From positions 58,404,001-58,468,000 of the forward strand of contig NC_042997.1 in assembly GCF_006345805.1 (NCBI RefSeq): DNA of 64,000 nt. Reading direction: 5' to 3'. The stretch comes from Octopus sinensis. Lineage: Eukaryota. Under the pieces are notes generated by a model that was given only the letters and a program-made list of their open reading frames with translations, did no database searches and was not told the origin of the DNA. Below, one piece after another: positions 26,833 through 39,860 of this stretch (the stretch's first letter is position 1; each line of letters opens with the position of its first letter). Position numbers and translations under genes: made by a program.

Positions 26833-26833
<1 letters not shown>
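25975..26833. repeat. About 100-bp direct repeats (25975-26073 / 26735-26833) enclosing a repeat with HHR-like cores
   Basis: AAACTTACTTGGAGGAAAC..GAGGGCGCTCAGTCATACAATA occurs twice; the interior carries minus-strand TCGATGA..GAAAC..CTGATGA at 26259-26329. Confidence 0.7.
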
Positions 26834-26876
<43 letters not shown>

Positions 26877-26947
26877 TATATATATACATACATAATGGAG
26901 AAATTATACAAAATACAGGAACTTCGTAGTGAGGGTTTGGATAACAG

Positions 26948-27293
26948 TATTAATAAAATAGATGGAAAGAGTAATAGATTTTATTGGGTACGACACATGT
27001 TTCGACCCGTTCTGTTCTTTCTCTTGACAGTTGCAACAGCGAAGACTCATTACGTAATTTTCTCTAAACTATACTGTATAATTTTCACGTTCATATTTGA
27101 AGTTTTTGCGTTTCAATAATTTTTCTCTGTTTTTACTCATTCTCGAATTTGATGGACATATAGCGGTACGTAAGCCGACTCAGGAAATCTCTAGTGATAC
27201 TTTTTATTGATGTACCCAAAGAGATCGAGAATGGGTAGAAACATGTGTCTTACCCAATAAAATCTATTACTCTTTCCATCTATTTTATTAATA
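26948..27293. mobile_element. Short PLE-type inverted cassette (arms 26948-27012 / 27228-27293) with decayed HHR
   Basis: Arms contain the HHR 3' half GAAA-CATGTG-TC; the 5' core is degenerate (GTAATGA on the minus strand). Confidence 0.65.
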
Positions 27294-27414
27294 CTATATA
27301 TATAAAATTTAAATAATCAGAAAATGGAAAAAACTTTTGATCAACAAACAAATTGGACCACATCGGTAGATTATTTTTTAATACAAAACTTGATATAACA
27401 TTTCTATGACATAA

Positions 27415-27530
27415 CATTTCTTACGGCCGTTTCTGCTTCCAATATTTGTCGGTGCTTACGAAAGAATTTCGAAAATAATATTCATCTTCATAGCATATTC
27501 GATCTAGTACATGGAGCTTCATCAGAGTGA
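27415..27530 (-). ncRNA. Type I hammerhead motif with weak stem I
   Basis: ct-CTGATGA-a-gctcca(long loop)tggaagc-a-GAA-ACGGCCGT-A-ag. Confidence 0.65.
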
Positions 27531-28020
27531 ATACAAATGCGTAAAATAAAATAAACGAAGGGAAGAGGCAATAGGAAAGAAGAGTTTCTGTCTACCAAAT
27601 CCATTAAAAGGCATTGGTCACGTCTGGGTTATTGTGCAACACACTTGTCCAAAGTGCCAAACTGCGGGATGGGACTGAATGGGAACCACATGGTTGAAAA
27701 GAGAACTTACTATTCACTCATTGCTGCAAATTATGTTTTCTATTCCATTACTTATGTTTGGCATTCAAACCTGTTTCATCAACGATTCAGCATTGTGTTT
27801 TGTCATTCGAACCACTGACCGAAACGTTAACGTATCTTCTTTACTTTCCTCCACCGTGTTAATTGACTTTCTAATTGTTTTGTCTTGTTTTTCTAAGTGT
27901 CCTACCTGTATATCATTTTGTACAAATAAGCGAGACTTATGAAGAGTTTCCGTTTAATAATATGGGATTAGATATCCTATTGTGATAGTATATGCGATCA
28001 TTATTATAACTAACAGAAAG

Positions 28021-28237
28021 GCGGTGAGCTGGCGGAACCATTAGCACACCGGGCAAAATGCTTAGCGGCATTTCGCCCATCTTTACGTTTTGAGTTCAAA
28101 TTCTGCCGAGGTCGACTTTACTTTTCATCCTTTCTGGGTCGATAAAATAAGCACTAGTTAAAGACTGGGGTCGATGCAATCGACTGTCCCCCTCCCCACA
28201 AAATTTCAGGTCTTGTGCCTATTGTAGAAAGGATTAT
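28021..28237 (+). mobile_element. SINE family B, monomeric full-length copy
   Basis: GGCGGTGAGCTGGC...GAGTTCAAATTC...TTTCATCCTTTCTGGGTCGATAAAATAAG...GTAGAAAGGATTATT. Confidence 0.8.
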
Positions 28238-30697
28238 TATAATTAGCAGAATGTTGTTTACAGAATTGGCAGAATAGCGAATAAAATGCATTATAGTATT
28301 TAGTTACATCATATTTTATTCGAAGTTCAAATGCTATCTAGTTAACATTTTGCCTTACTTCTATCAGAGCTCGATAAAATAAGTATCATTTAAGCCAGGT
28401 CGATTAAATTAACTGTCAATTATCCAAACACTTATGATCGTGTGCCTATGTTAGAGCTTAATACTTACAATTAGAAATTTTCATAACATTGGTAATCAAC
28501 TTTCAAGTGAGCTATTAACATTCGGCTAATACTCTTGGTGAATTTCATAATTCTTGCATTGTTAATTTTCTAAATGTTTTTGCGATGACGTTTTCGCACT
28601 CACTATAAACAATGAATTTAATATAGTAAAAATATATTCATCTGTATCAAGTTTGAACAATTTCAGTCGAATTTATGAACCAATATGAATTATACAATTA
28701 CCCACAGTATATTGTATTTTAAAACTGCTACGAGTTATAAATTATGCTCAATTAATTATCCTTTAAAATTCACTGTAAGAACCATTTAACCGTCGCAAAA
28801 AAATACATTTTAATGTTCCTTGTGTACATTGAAAATCTTTCAATAGTAAACATTTCGTCGCATTACACATAGTAGACAACACCATAAAATTCTCATTTAA
28901 TTTTTGATTTTCTTTCCATCTCTGTATGAAAGTATTACTAGTATGAAAGCAATATAACAATTCTTTCAGTGTTGAGATTGCTCAAATGTAGCTTGCAGTA
29001 TTTTCAGACATAAAAATTGAAGCTTTCAGACCAAAGTTCACAGACAAAAATGGTAGGTCGACTTATACAGTAAGACAACTTTGGAGGGCCAAAAATTCCA
29101 GTGAAAAGCAGCACGATTTGAAAAGATGGTGATAGTCACCATCTATTAATGTTTACTCTATATGTTTACACTATCTACAATGTCTACTTGTACGCTGGAA
29201 GATACGGTACGTCTAAAACTGAATTCTTATACTTTTAAATGAGGTTTTAGTAGGTCTGACTAAGTCTGAATACACCAACAACAATAATAACTGGCTAATG
29301 CCATATAATAGCCAACCAGCATCTGTATTGAATGGAGAGTATGAATGCTGATAATTTGCTTCATTAAAGCTTCTGTTTGAATCTAGAAATACATTTCGTT
29401 CAGTTTCATAAGTGCACTATGTAATATTCGAAATGTTGACGAAGTTTCAATTTTATTCTGTTTACTATTAAGCTCGCACACTCTCCGTACATACACCGCT
29501 ATGTCATCTTGTATGATTTAGACAAGGTCGACATTATTAATATTATCATCCTGACACATTTAAAATATGGAACTTACATTTATCAACCACTTTTGGGAGC
29601 TTGATAACCACACACACACACACAAACAAACAAACACACACACACACACACGTGCGCTAATGCACATTAACGCATATTTATTTGTTCTCTTTTCTGAGCT
29701 CAATTTTCCAATTACTATGACGATCATCTAGCTTTGATAAATATGAGAGGTTATTTAATAAAGCAAACATTGTATCAATATTTGGATGACAGGAAGTATA
29801 AATACAATTATTAATGTAAACTTTAATGTCAGCGCACATTATTAATATTCATTCTGATTTACGAATCCGTACATCTGCCGATATATTTGCTTTGTGCTCT
29901 TATAATCTCACTTGGTTTCTCTACTATGTGATACGGTCGTACATAGTTTATCCTTTATTTCTTGCTGCAGTTGGACAGGAAGAGATTGAGCTATTTAACA
30001 TATATGTATTTCAGTCCTTGTATTACAGTCAATGACTCTATACATGAAACTATGTTAATCAGTGGAATTGAAGAGCAGTTTCCATGTTAGCGTTTGTAAT
30101 AAATCTTCCTTGGATATTACTTTATTTAATGTCAGTTCCAAAGAAATTATACAAGACAACTCATTCATAGTCATACTGGGAATAAATATTTGAAACAAGG
30201 CTTGATACCGAAGCTACAGAAATATTCTTATTAATTAGTATATAATCAGCAAGTGCTTCATTCCCGAAGAGTTAAAACCAATCACAAAGAAAAGAAAAAG
30301 AAAGAAAAAATGAAATATTTGTTCTGGATCATTCGTTAACTTAATTCTTAATTTAGCATATGGAACTGCGAAAGAAAATTATCCAGTGATTTAAAAGATT
30401 ATTTTTTCCCTTTTAAGTAAGTTGAAACAAAGTTTTTCTTTGAAGTTGATTTAATTCTGAACACTTGTAATCTATTCAATCATAAAATCTCAGCAGATCT
30501 CAAATTCTCTTAAAATCTTCAAAATGTGGTGGCTACATTGAACACTTGTAAGTTAGGAAATAAAAGTTGATTGTGAATAAATACTTGTAACTCAGCTAGA
30601 GGTTTCTATTGCTTTTCCTTATTAAAATATTGCGTAATGAAATCGGTTCATCCTTTTTGAATAACCCTGTATATATGAATACATACATACATCCATA

Positions 30698-30965
30698 TAG
30701 GTGTGGCTAAGTGGTAAGACGTTTACTTCCCAATCACATGGTTCTGAGATCAGTCTCTCCGTGTGGCACCTTGGGAAAGTGTCTTCTACTATAGCTTCCA
30801 GCCGACCAAAGCCTTGTGAGTGGATTTGCTAGACGAAACGTAGACGAAACCTAGCGGTTTGGCAAAAGAGACCAATAAAATAAGTACTGGAGTCAATTCG
30901 TTCAACTAAAATTCTTCAGAGCGGTGCCCCAGCTCCTTCATCTAATGACGCAAAAGTAAAAGATA
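30698..30965 (+). mobile_element. SINE family A, internally deleted
   Basis: Head and tail motifs present; the middle microsatellite segment is absent. Confidence 0.7.
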
Positions 30966-31654
30966 GCAACATATTTTTTAATAATACTGATTTCCTTTTG
31001 ACTAGGCAGAAATTATTAACATATAAAAGAAATGAAGCAAAGGATATAGTAGCGTTGTAACTGTGATCTTTTTTGAAGGGTATTTGTGGTCTATTGGAAA
31101 TGAAGTGGCTTCGACCAGAAATTACAGCTGTGCATCTCTTTCGACTGGCAGGGGGTTTATTTCTTGTTTCACTGTGCTTGCCACTTATTGTTAGTATTCC
31201 ACTTATTGTTAGTATTATTAAATACTGATTATGAATTAACTACCATATTTTGAATGCAAATTATATAAACCATTATTACAACAATTTGAGAGAGAAAAGT
31301 GCAGTAGTCTTGTAGAGCGTTAGTTCACCTCTCTCTCCACAAAATAATAATAAATAAATAAAAGGAGAGCGGAAAGAAAGTATGTTTATTTCGCTTTTTT
31401 GTCACAAACTGATGATTGCAATGTCTAATACCGTCAATTTCTAACTTAGACCACAGAGCTTGGCGGAGGAGACTGTCAATTATATCAACGCCAATACATG
31501 ACTGGTATTTGTTTTAGCGACCACAGAAGGTGATAGGCATAGTCAACCTCTGTAGAATTTGAACTCAGAATATTCAGGGATGTAAGTAAGTACTGTAAGA
31601 CATTTCGTTCGGTGCTCTACCGACTTGAAAACAAACAGCCTCTATCTTTATTAT

Positions 31655-34115
31655 TGTTGTGAAAATGGCACTCCCATTCCCACGTGACAAAGTGGTATGA
31701 AACAGCCACTATAAATTCAGACAGTCAGTCGTTGTACGAGTTTTCAGTTGGTGTCAGTGTCAGTTACGTGTTATATACGAGTTCGAGTTACCGCGAAGGC
31801 AGATGTTTCAAAGTCATTGTCTTGCGGAGCTATCAGCGATAGCGCGATAGATGAGTCAAAGATAATATGACGCAGAATACCACCACAACATAATAGTGGC
31901 TACAAGAATATTACAGTGCTGACAATAACATACAAGTGGACGAGGATCCATATTATAACAGTGGTGACGATGATATGAACAATTCACACGGACAACGTTT
32001 AAAAATAATTTTTTTTGCACGAGAAAATAATTCATGGGGGACGATGTTGACAAATTTTTCACGTGGAGAAATTGAAAACTTGACAGAAGAGTAACAAACA
32101 TTTTTGTTCTAAATATTCTACGAAAAATCCGTAAAATTATGGTAAACTCGTTAACGGATTTAGTTGAGTTGCAAAAACAGCAACAACAATAACTCAAAGA
32201 ACAAGAACAACAACAAATGTTACAGCAACAAATGCTACAACTAATGAAATTGTAACAAAACCGGAAAATACGTTTTTGTCAGACTATGTAGCAAATTCAA
32301 TAAATGAATTTAAATATGACCCGGAAGAAGGAGTCGCCTTCGAAGCATATTATTGAAGATTTGAAGAAAATTTCGAAAAAGAATGCCAAAATTAGACGGA
32401 CGAAATGAAAACGCATCTAATTCTGAGGAAACTGGTAACGATAGAGTATGAGAAATACTGTAACTGCTTGAAAAAGTTTCTGACATAAATTTCACAGACA
32501 CGCTTGACATTTTATGTAGGATATTTAGTGAAAACACATCGTTATTCAACACTCATTGGAAGTGTTTGAACACGGAGAAAAGCGATGACAATGACTTTAC
32601 CACATATGCGGGTAGAGTGAGCAGAAAGTGCGAAAGATTTAAACTGGATGATCTAACTCCAGACTCGTTCAAATGTCTGATTTTTGCGTAGAAACTTACT
32701 GCTAAAAAGGACTCAGAAATCAGAACGAAAATTCTCGCAAAGCTGGAAATGAACAAAGATATAATTCTCCAGAAACTGTCAGATGAGTGCGATGTGATAT
32801 TAAAAGTAAGGCACAACACAGAAGAAATCCAACGAAGAGGTATTTTTTACAGATAAAACCAATGTGGAAGAGTCGGAAGATGGATAAAGTGTTTCACAAA
32901 AAGCACGATATACAACAGGAGATAAATCCATGCATGGTATGCAGTGGTAGACACCTGAGAAAAAAGTGTCGGTTCTAAAAAGCTAAGTGTTTTCGTTGCG
33001 GGAGCACAATATACATTAGATCGCACTGCAGAACTAAGATGTTGAAAAATTGGACCAAACGAGAAAAAAATAGTCTGTCATTAGAGAAAAAAAAATGTTT
33101 GTACAACGAAGAGAAAATTCATAAAGGTGAGAATCGAAACCACTAGTGCCAAAATGCAATTAGACACGGGTTGTGACATCACTATCATAAATGAAGAAAG
33201 ATGGCGACAAATCGGTAAGCTGAAATTACTCAAATCACCAAATAAAGTAGCATATGGTGTTTCAGGAAAGAAATGATATTTCATCTGCGAATGTATTTGC
33301 AATATAACTGTTCGAGGTGAAACGAAAAGGACAGTTATTTATGTGTTGAAAAAATTACAAAACCTGTTTGCCACAGAATGCATGGAGCTATTCAAAATGT
33401 GGTATACCCCCATTAGTGTTTTCCGTGAAAATGTAGTCGGCACGGTTAAAAATTTCCAAATTTTTTTTAGAAGGATTAGACTGTTGCATTAAAACAAAAG
33501 TGTGGATTGCGGTAACAGAAGAGGCAACATCTGTTTTTAGGCCCGAACGGAACGTGCCGTTTGCGGCATTGTACCAGGTCAATAAATAGCTTGAAAGTCA
33601 AGCTATAATTGGAAAAGTCGACCACTCAGGTATGACACATTCCAGGTACCAACACCATTACAGGTGGTCGAACCCACGCGTACAAGTGGAAGAAAAAGAA
33701 AGAACACAGAATTCCTACAAATAGACGCCAAAAAAAGAAGAAAATATTAAGTTGGAAAAAGCGCTAGAAAGGGAAGAGGAGTGAATAAAGTTAAATGAAA
33801 TTACTGGCTTCCCAAAGAAAGAAAAACTAAAATGGGAGATGTTGACAAAGTGGTATGAAACAGCCACTATAAAGTCAGTAGTAGTAGCGTCATTGTACGA
33901 GTTCTCAGCTGGAGTCAGTGTCAGTTACGTGTTATATACGAGTTCGAGTTACCGCGAAGGCAGATGTTTCAAAGTCTTGCGGAGCTATCAGCGATAGCGT
34001 GATAGATGAGTTAAAGATAATAAGACGCGTAATACCGCCACAACATAATAGTGGCTACAAGAATATTACAGTGCTGACAATAACATACAAGTGGACGAGG
34101 ATCTACATTATAACA
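31655..34115 (+). mobile_element. Gypsy (Mag-like) LTR retrotransposon, internally deleted
   Basis: LTRs 31655-31960 and 33840-34115 (TG...CA), 5-bp TSD ATTAT, PBS GTGGTGACGA, purine tract AAAATGGGAGA before the 3' LTR. Confidence 0.92.
32170..33630 (+). pseudogene. Disrupted gag-protease-(RT start) of the Gypsy element
   Basis: NSINEFKYDPEEGVAFEAYY gag block, zinc knuckles CMVCSGRHLRKKC / CFRCG...C, protease LDTGCDITII, VFRPERNVPFAAL. Many stops; RT core, RNase H and integrase not seen. Confidence 0.8.
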
Positions 34116-34774
34116 ATTATTAATAATTGATTTCTAAATATCTTACAATATTTGGTTTCGTTTTACGTTCTGAGTTCAAATTCCACCGAGGTCGTCTTTA
34201 CCTTTCATTCTTTTAGGGTCGATAAAATAAGTACCAATTGAGTGCTGGGGTCGATATATTCGACTTATCCTTTCCCCCCGAAAATGCTGGCCTTGTGCCA
34301 AAATTTGAAAGTAATATTTGTTTCATTCATCTACATTCCGTGTGTGCGAATCCGGTGAAGGCTTGACTTTTTATTCCGCCGGAGCCGATGAAAAGAGCCA
34401 TTAACTCAAGGAATCTTTACAATTAGCTATAAACTTACTCCAACACAAAATTTCCCCATTTTTTGAGCTTAATTAAGAAATTCTCAGAAAAATATCTGAG
34501 GGGTCCAATGACCAACATCTATTCAGTCATAAGACTAATGTCTTTATGACTTCCAAATATATCACAGTATTCAAATAGATCGCAGTATCATGTAACTTCA
34601 ATCAGCAATCCATTCAGTTTTATAGGTAGACAGAGTAGACCGCGGTTATGAGATTTCAGTGGATTTACCTGGGGAACTCAGAGCATGTGTTGAAAAATAA
34701 TAAGCAAAATAAATATTGAATAATAAATCGTCATATGCACGGTGATTCAAAAATATGACTTACATATTTATTCT

Positions 34775-35098
34775 TAATACATTTCGGCAGATTCGAAGGC
34801 AAATATACTAATCGCTGCTGTGTTCGTCACAGGAGAACAGTTTCTCCTTTACGACTAAGCGTTCATTAGCAGAAGGGATTCTGGAACGCCAGTGTTTCGA
34901 CATGTTGTGCCTCGTCAGTCAGATATATTCGATGGACTTGTTTATAATTTCAGATATCTGCCAACCGATAATAAACTGTCATATGAACGGTGAACAACGA
35001 GATTCGAAACGGGGATTTGCATATTTAGTCTGAATACGTTCCGGGAGATTAGAACACATATAAACTATTCGCTGTTGTGTGTGTCACAGGAAAACATA
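34775..35098 (-). repeat. Diverged about 257-bp tandem unit containing an HHR-like motif (34880-34923)
   Basis: Direct repeat TCGCTG(C/T)TGTG..GTCACAGGA.AACA near 34813 and 35069; minus strand tctga-CTGACGA-ggca(caaca)tgtc-GAAA-cactggcg-TT-ccaga. Confidence 0.55.
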
Positions 35099-35731
35099 TT
35101 TTCAATGTTGACAATGTTACAGATGAGACTTAGGCATTCTTTAACTTTCGATCCAAACACTTTTAATAACCGACTGAAATTCATTTTACCTGGCAGGGTA
35201 ACTATGATTCATTTCTTCAAAGGACGCAAATTTATAACAAGGCTTGAAACATGAGGCATTCTTTTTGATTCATGTTTCTACTGAAAATATAAACTGAATG
35301 TTCTTATTCTTTCTTTGCTAGTTAAGTAAATGTTTATGCTTAGTTTATAAGGTATCTTTTTTCTTCCTTCCTGTCCTTCCTTCCTTCCTTCCTTCCTTTC
35401 TTCTATCTTTCTTTCTCTCTTTCTTTCTCTCTTTGTTTGTTTGTTTGTTTCTTCCTTCCTTTCTTTCTTTCTATTAGTATTATTTGACAGCAATTCAGAA
35501 GCGCAAAATGCTAATTAACCGTTTAAAGACCAGTACGATAATCAGAGTCACAGGGGTGCTAGGAAATGGGCTGCATGCTACATACATACATACATACATA
35601 CATACATACATACATACATACATACATACACACACGCACATATATATTTTACACACCACATATATATATACATGTATGTATACAGTATATAATATAATGT
35701 AAATACGTTTATATATGTGTATATATATGTG

Positions 35732-35793
<62 letters not shown>

Positions 35794-35794
35794 T

Positions 35795-36195
35795 GTGGTT
35801 GTATAGTGTCAACATAACGTGACAGTCCCGTATGGGAATTACACCACCGCTGTTTAGCCCTAGGAAGCATCGACGCTTTCTGTCGGCTTTGACACATTTC
35901 CTGTGTCCTTATATTTGTGAAGGGGAGGCAAGCATCCCCAGCAGCCAAAATTCACACCTGAGCACATGCATGTTTCTGGGTCTTAACTCGTCATCAGCCC
36001 AAGATAAGACCCAGAAACATGCATGCGCTCAGGTGTGAATCTTGGCTGGTGGGGGTGCTTGCCTCCCCTTCATAAATATAAGGACACAGGAAATGTGTCA
36101 AAGCCGACAGGAAGCGTCGATGCTTCCTAGGGCTAAACAGCGGTGGTGTAATTCCCATACGGGACTGTCACGTTCTGTTGACAGTATACAACCAC
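35795..36195. mobile_element. Near-perfect hairpin cassette (191-bp arms, 19-nt loop) with an HHR-like motif at the apex
   Basis: Arms 35795-35985 / 36005-36195 with 8 mismatches counted by eye; minus strand cttggg-CTGATGA...GAA-ACATGCATGT-G-ctcagg at 35957-36003. Confidence 0.9.
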
Positions 36196-36593
36196 TCTAT
36201 CGCTCCACCACCACTCATGTCTCTTTGAAACATTTAGAAATTTTATATTTCTAATTACGGTGACCAGTGAATAGATTTCACTGTAAATATATATGTTTGT
36301 GAAGGCTAGACAGGCACCTCAGTCAGCAGATCTCGCTACTTGGAAGTGTTCGTGTCGGTTATTTTGTATTGCGGTTGTGCGTTGGATTTGTTGATTATTG
36401 TTGTTGAGAACTGTTGCGTCGTGTTGAATTGTTGGAATTTTGTTGGGTATGCAACCCCAAACTTATGTGGGAGCAGCAGGCAAAGGCCTGGCTGCGAAAG
36501 AACTACAGTTGGAAGAAATAATTATCGAGAAGGAAAATTTGAGGAAATACTACGACAGCTTCAAGAAGGAAGGTGACTGTATATATATATATA

Positions 36594-38851
36594 CAAAGAA
36601 TTTCTTGGAAAACCCTTCGGTAAGGCTGATCTGTCCAACTAAGTCGGACATTGGCCGACTTAGTAAATCTATCCTGGATAGTGTTCTACCCCAAATAACC
36701 CCTCTTCTCCCCTTAAACCTATGGCTAAGTACGGATGAAGTTCTAAAATGGTTTAACTCTCTAACTAATACTAGTAGTCTGTCCTTTATTCAGTTCGATA
36801 TTAATAGTTATTACTCTAGTATTTCCCCTATCTTACTCAACAAATCACTAATATTTGCCATGAATCGCTCCCTCATATCTAGAGAAGAAATCAATATTGT
36901 GCTACTAGCTAGGAAGACATTTATAGAATTTGAAGATAAATTATGGACTACAGCAGATACACCTAATTTTTTTGATATACCAATGGGTTCCAGTGATTCG
37001 GCTGAGGTAACCAACCTAGTAGGCGCATATCTATTAAAATGCATAAGCAAGGATATACCAGAAATACAGGGGGGTCTATATAGGGATGATGCTCTGTTTG
37101 TTATCCCTAGTAATAATAAATCTGTTATAGAAAGGATTAGAAAGAAAATTAATAAGTTCTTTAAGGATTTCAACCTCAGTATAACGTATAACCGGGCACT
37201 AAAATAGTTAACTTCCTAGATATTACGCTAGACCTTAACTCCAAGCTACATTACCCATTTAGAAAGGAAGGCGAAATCACGAATTACGTAAATAAATTAT
37301 CAAATCATCCCCCAAATATAATAGAATCTTTAGTAAGAAATATTTCATTAAGAATTTCAAAATTATCATCCAATAAGGATATATTTAACTCCCATTCTGA
37401 GCATTATAATGAGGCGTTAACTAAGGCTGGATACAACCAAAAGATTACATTCGTTGATAAGGGGAACTCACGTATTCCTAATAATGAAGTTATCAGTAAT
37501 CACGTAAGCAGCAATACAGACCAAGCCCGAAATAAAAGTAGAATTAAATTAATGGTAAACGCTAATCTAGCGTACAGGCCCAACAATTCAAATAGAAGCA
37601 TTGACCAGAACATAGGTAACTCGGATAATATTGAAGTAGATAAACCTAAGATGCACACAAATAAAAATAAAATAATGGTAATAAATACAATAACCCGGTG
37701 AGATGAATAGTAGTAATTCTACGAACCCTAAATTTAATAAAAAAGATATATTATGGCTGAATATTCCTTTCAACTGTGCGATACAATCGGATATACAGAA
37801 CAAATTCAAAGTAATTCTGGAAAAAAATTTCCCTATCTCTCATAGATATCATAGAATTATATCTAGGAAAACAGTTAGGATTTCTTATTCAACCCTCCCA
37901 AATATGTCCACTTTAATAGCTAAGATTAATAATAAAACATAAACTAGCCAGGAAAGATAGAAATAAAAATAATAATATCAGCATGAATACCAATAGCAAT
38001 TATAATAATACTACCAACAATAAAAACAGCAATAGTAACTATCAAAACATAGGTGAAATTAGTAACCACAGAATGACTAAAACATTAACATTAATAGTAA
38101 TAATAACAATGCCGATATTAATAGAAGTAATAATGTTAATAATAGAAATAATAGATATAAGGCTAATGGAGAAAATAAGGAGAATGAAAATATCAGTGAT
38201 ATCTATAACAACAATATGCAGTCGGATAAAAAGACTAACAATAATAGTAACATTACCAATAATATAAGAAATCATGGTAGGACTTTAGACCTAAATGATG
38301 AAGCTGAAGGATCAATAAATATAGCAATACTTTAGATATCAGCACCAACTATGAAATGATAATCAAAATAATAGGAACCTAAGACATCTACCCAAGAATA
38401 ATCCAAAGCCTGAAGTTGTTCCTCCTGTGTGTAAGTGTAGAATAAAATCAAAATGCCGGCACCTGGTCTATGGGGGGAAAATAATGTAATCTATAAATGT
38501 ACCATATCCACGGAGAATAACAAATATCTTTACATTGGATGTACAATTAATTTTCTAGCCAGAGTTAGAAATCACATCTCGTCTTTTAAATTACGTCATA
38601 AAGCTGGTACCACCACACTTTCAAACAAAATCTGGGAACTCAAAAATAATAATAAAAATTATAACCTTAATTGGGAAATAGTTAGGAGAGCAATTCCGTA
38701 TAAAAATAGTAGGGTTGGTTGCCAACTATGCTCCATGGAGACGTATGAAATTCTAATGCATAGAAAACATAGAAACTTATTGAATAACCATATCGAACTA
38801 GGTCAAGTTTGTGTCCACGCTAAATTGAAGACTTTAAAATATTTTAAATGA
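36594..38851 (+). pseudogene. PLE polyprotein (reverse transcriptase + GIY-YIG endonuclease), frameshifted
   Basis: NPSVRLICPTKSDIG, QFDINSYYSSI, PMGS, LYRDD, then after a shift at about 37200 VNFLDITL..SNHPP. Linker ILWLNIP..FP..H..SYS. Endonuclease CKCR..CP, VIY..YIG..R.RNH..SF, CQLC..E, LLN..E...C.H. Confidence 0.92.
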
Positions 38852-39860
38852 TTAGATATTCGTAACTAGATAGATAGATATAACTTGATTTCTACTAGTA
38901 TAGCACTGCTTTAAGTAGATAACTAAGAGTTCTCACACTACAGTTATCTTTTTCCTTATATCTGCATCAGTTTTTTGAGAACAGGGAAATGAATAGTACT
39001 TATACGCTGCTTAATTGAGGCTTTATTTAATTTCAACTCATAATTTTTAAATTCTTAATTTTAAATCTTAATTGTAATTTTTAATTTTAATTCCTAACTT
39101 ATCTAATTTAAGTAGCATAACTCTAATAAAATAAAATGAGTTACTATAGCCCCATAATTCTATTTCAAAATTAAATAAATAAGGCTACCCCCTCGGTGAT
39201 AATATGATTATCTTCATTATGATAGACAATCCCCTAACACCTTGTAAATGATCTTCTAAGATTTGACCTGTAGTCCGTCAATGTATGAATAATAACGGCA
39301 ACTCCTTAAGACAATAAAATGAATAAATTAAATAAGTAAATTTTAATGACTTTTTGATAAGATTATACTTAGATTTTCCTAATGTATTTCTTTTGATTTT
39401 AGCATCTGCCTAACCCCTGACTGTGTTATCTCTTTAGATTCTCTTTAAATTCATAGCTGATTTCAACAGCAATAAATTAGCTGTTTTACTGGTCAAAGTA
39501 ATAATTCTCCTCTAGTTCCTAGATGCCTGTAAATTAAAACCAGACTTGCCGTCTACTAATTCTTCTGTATAACTAGAACCTCTTTTTTTCTTTTTCTTTT
39601 TTCCCTTCTTTCCCTATTTCTTTCTCTTTTCTCTTTTTTTTTCTTCTTCTTATTCTCTTTTTCCTTTTCTCTCTCTTTTAGTCCCCTTCCCCCCCTTTTT
39701 TGCTCCTCCTCCTTTATTTTCTCTCTTTTCTTCTATTCCCTTCCCTTTTCTATTCTTTGCCTCTCTAGAAAGCCCTTCAGCCTTTAAAAGTTAAATAGCT
39801 ACAGCCTCTTGTAAATAGCAGTAATGTGATTAATGTGGCAAATACCTAATCATATAACAA

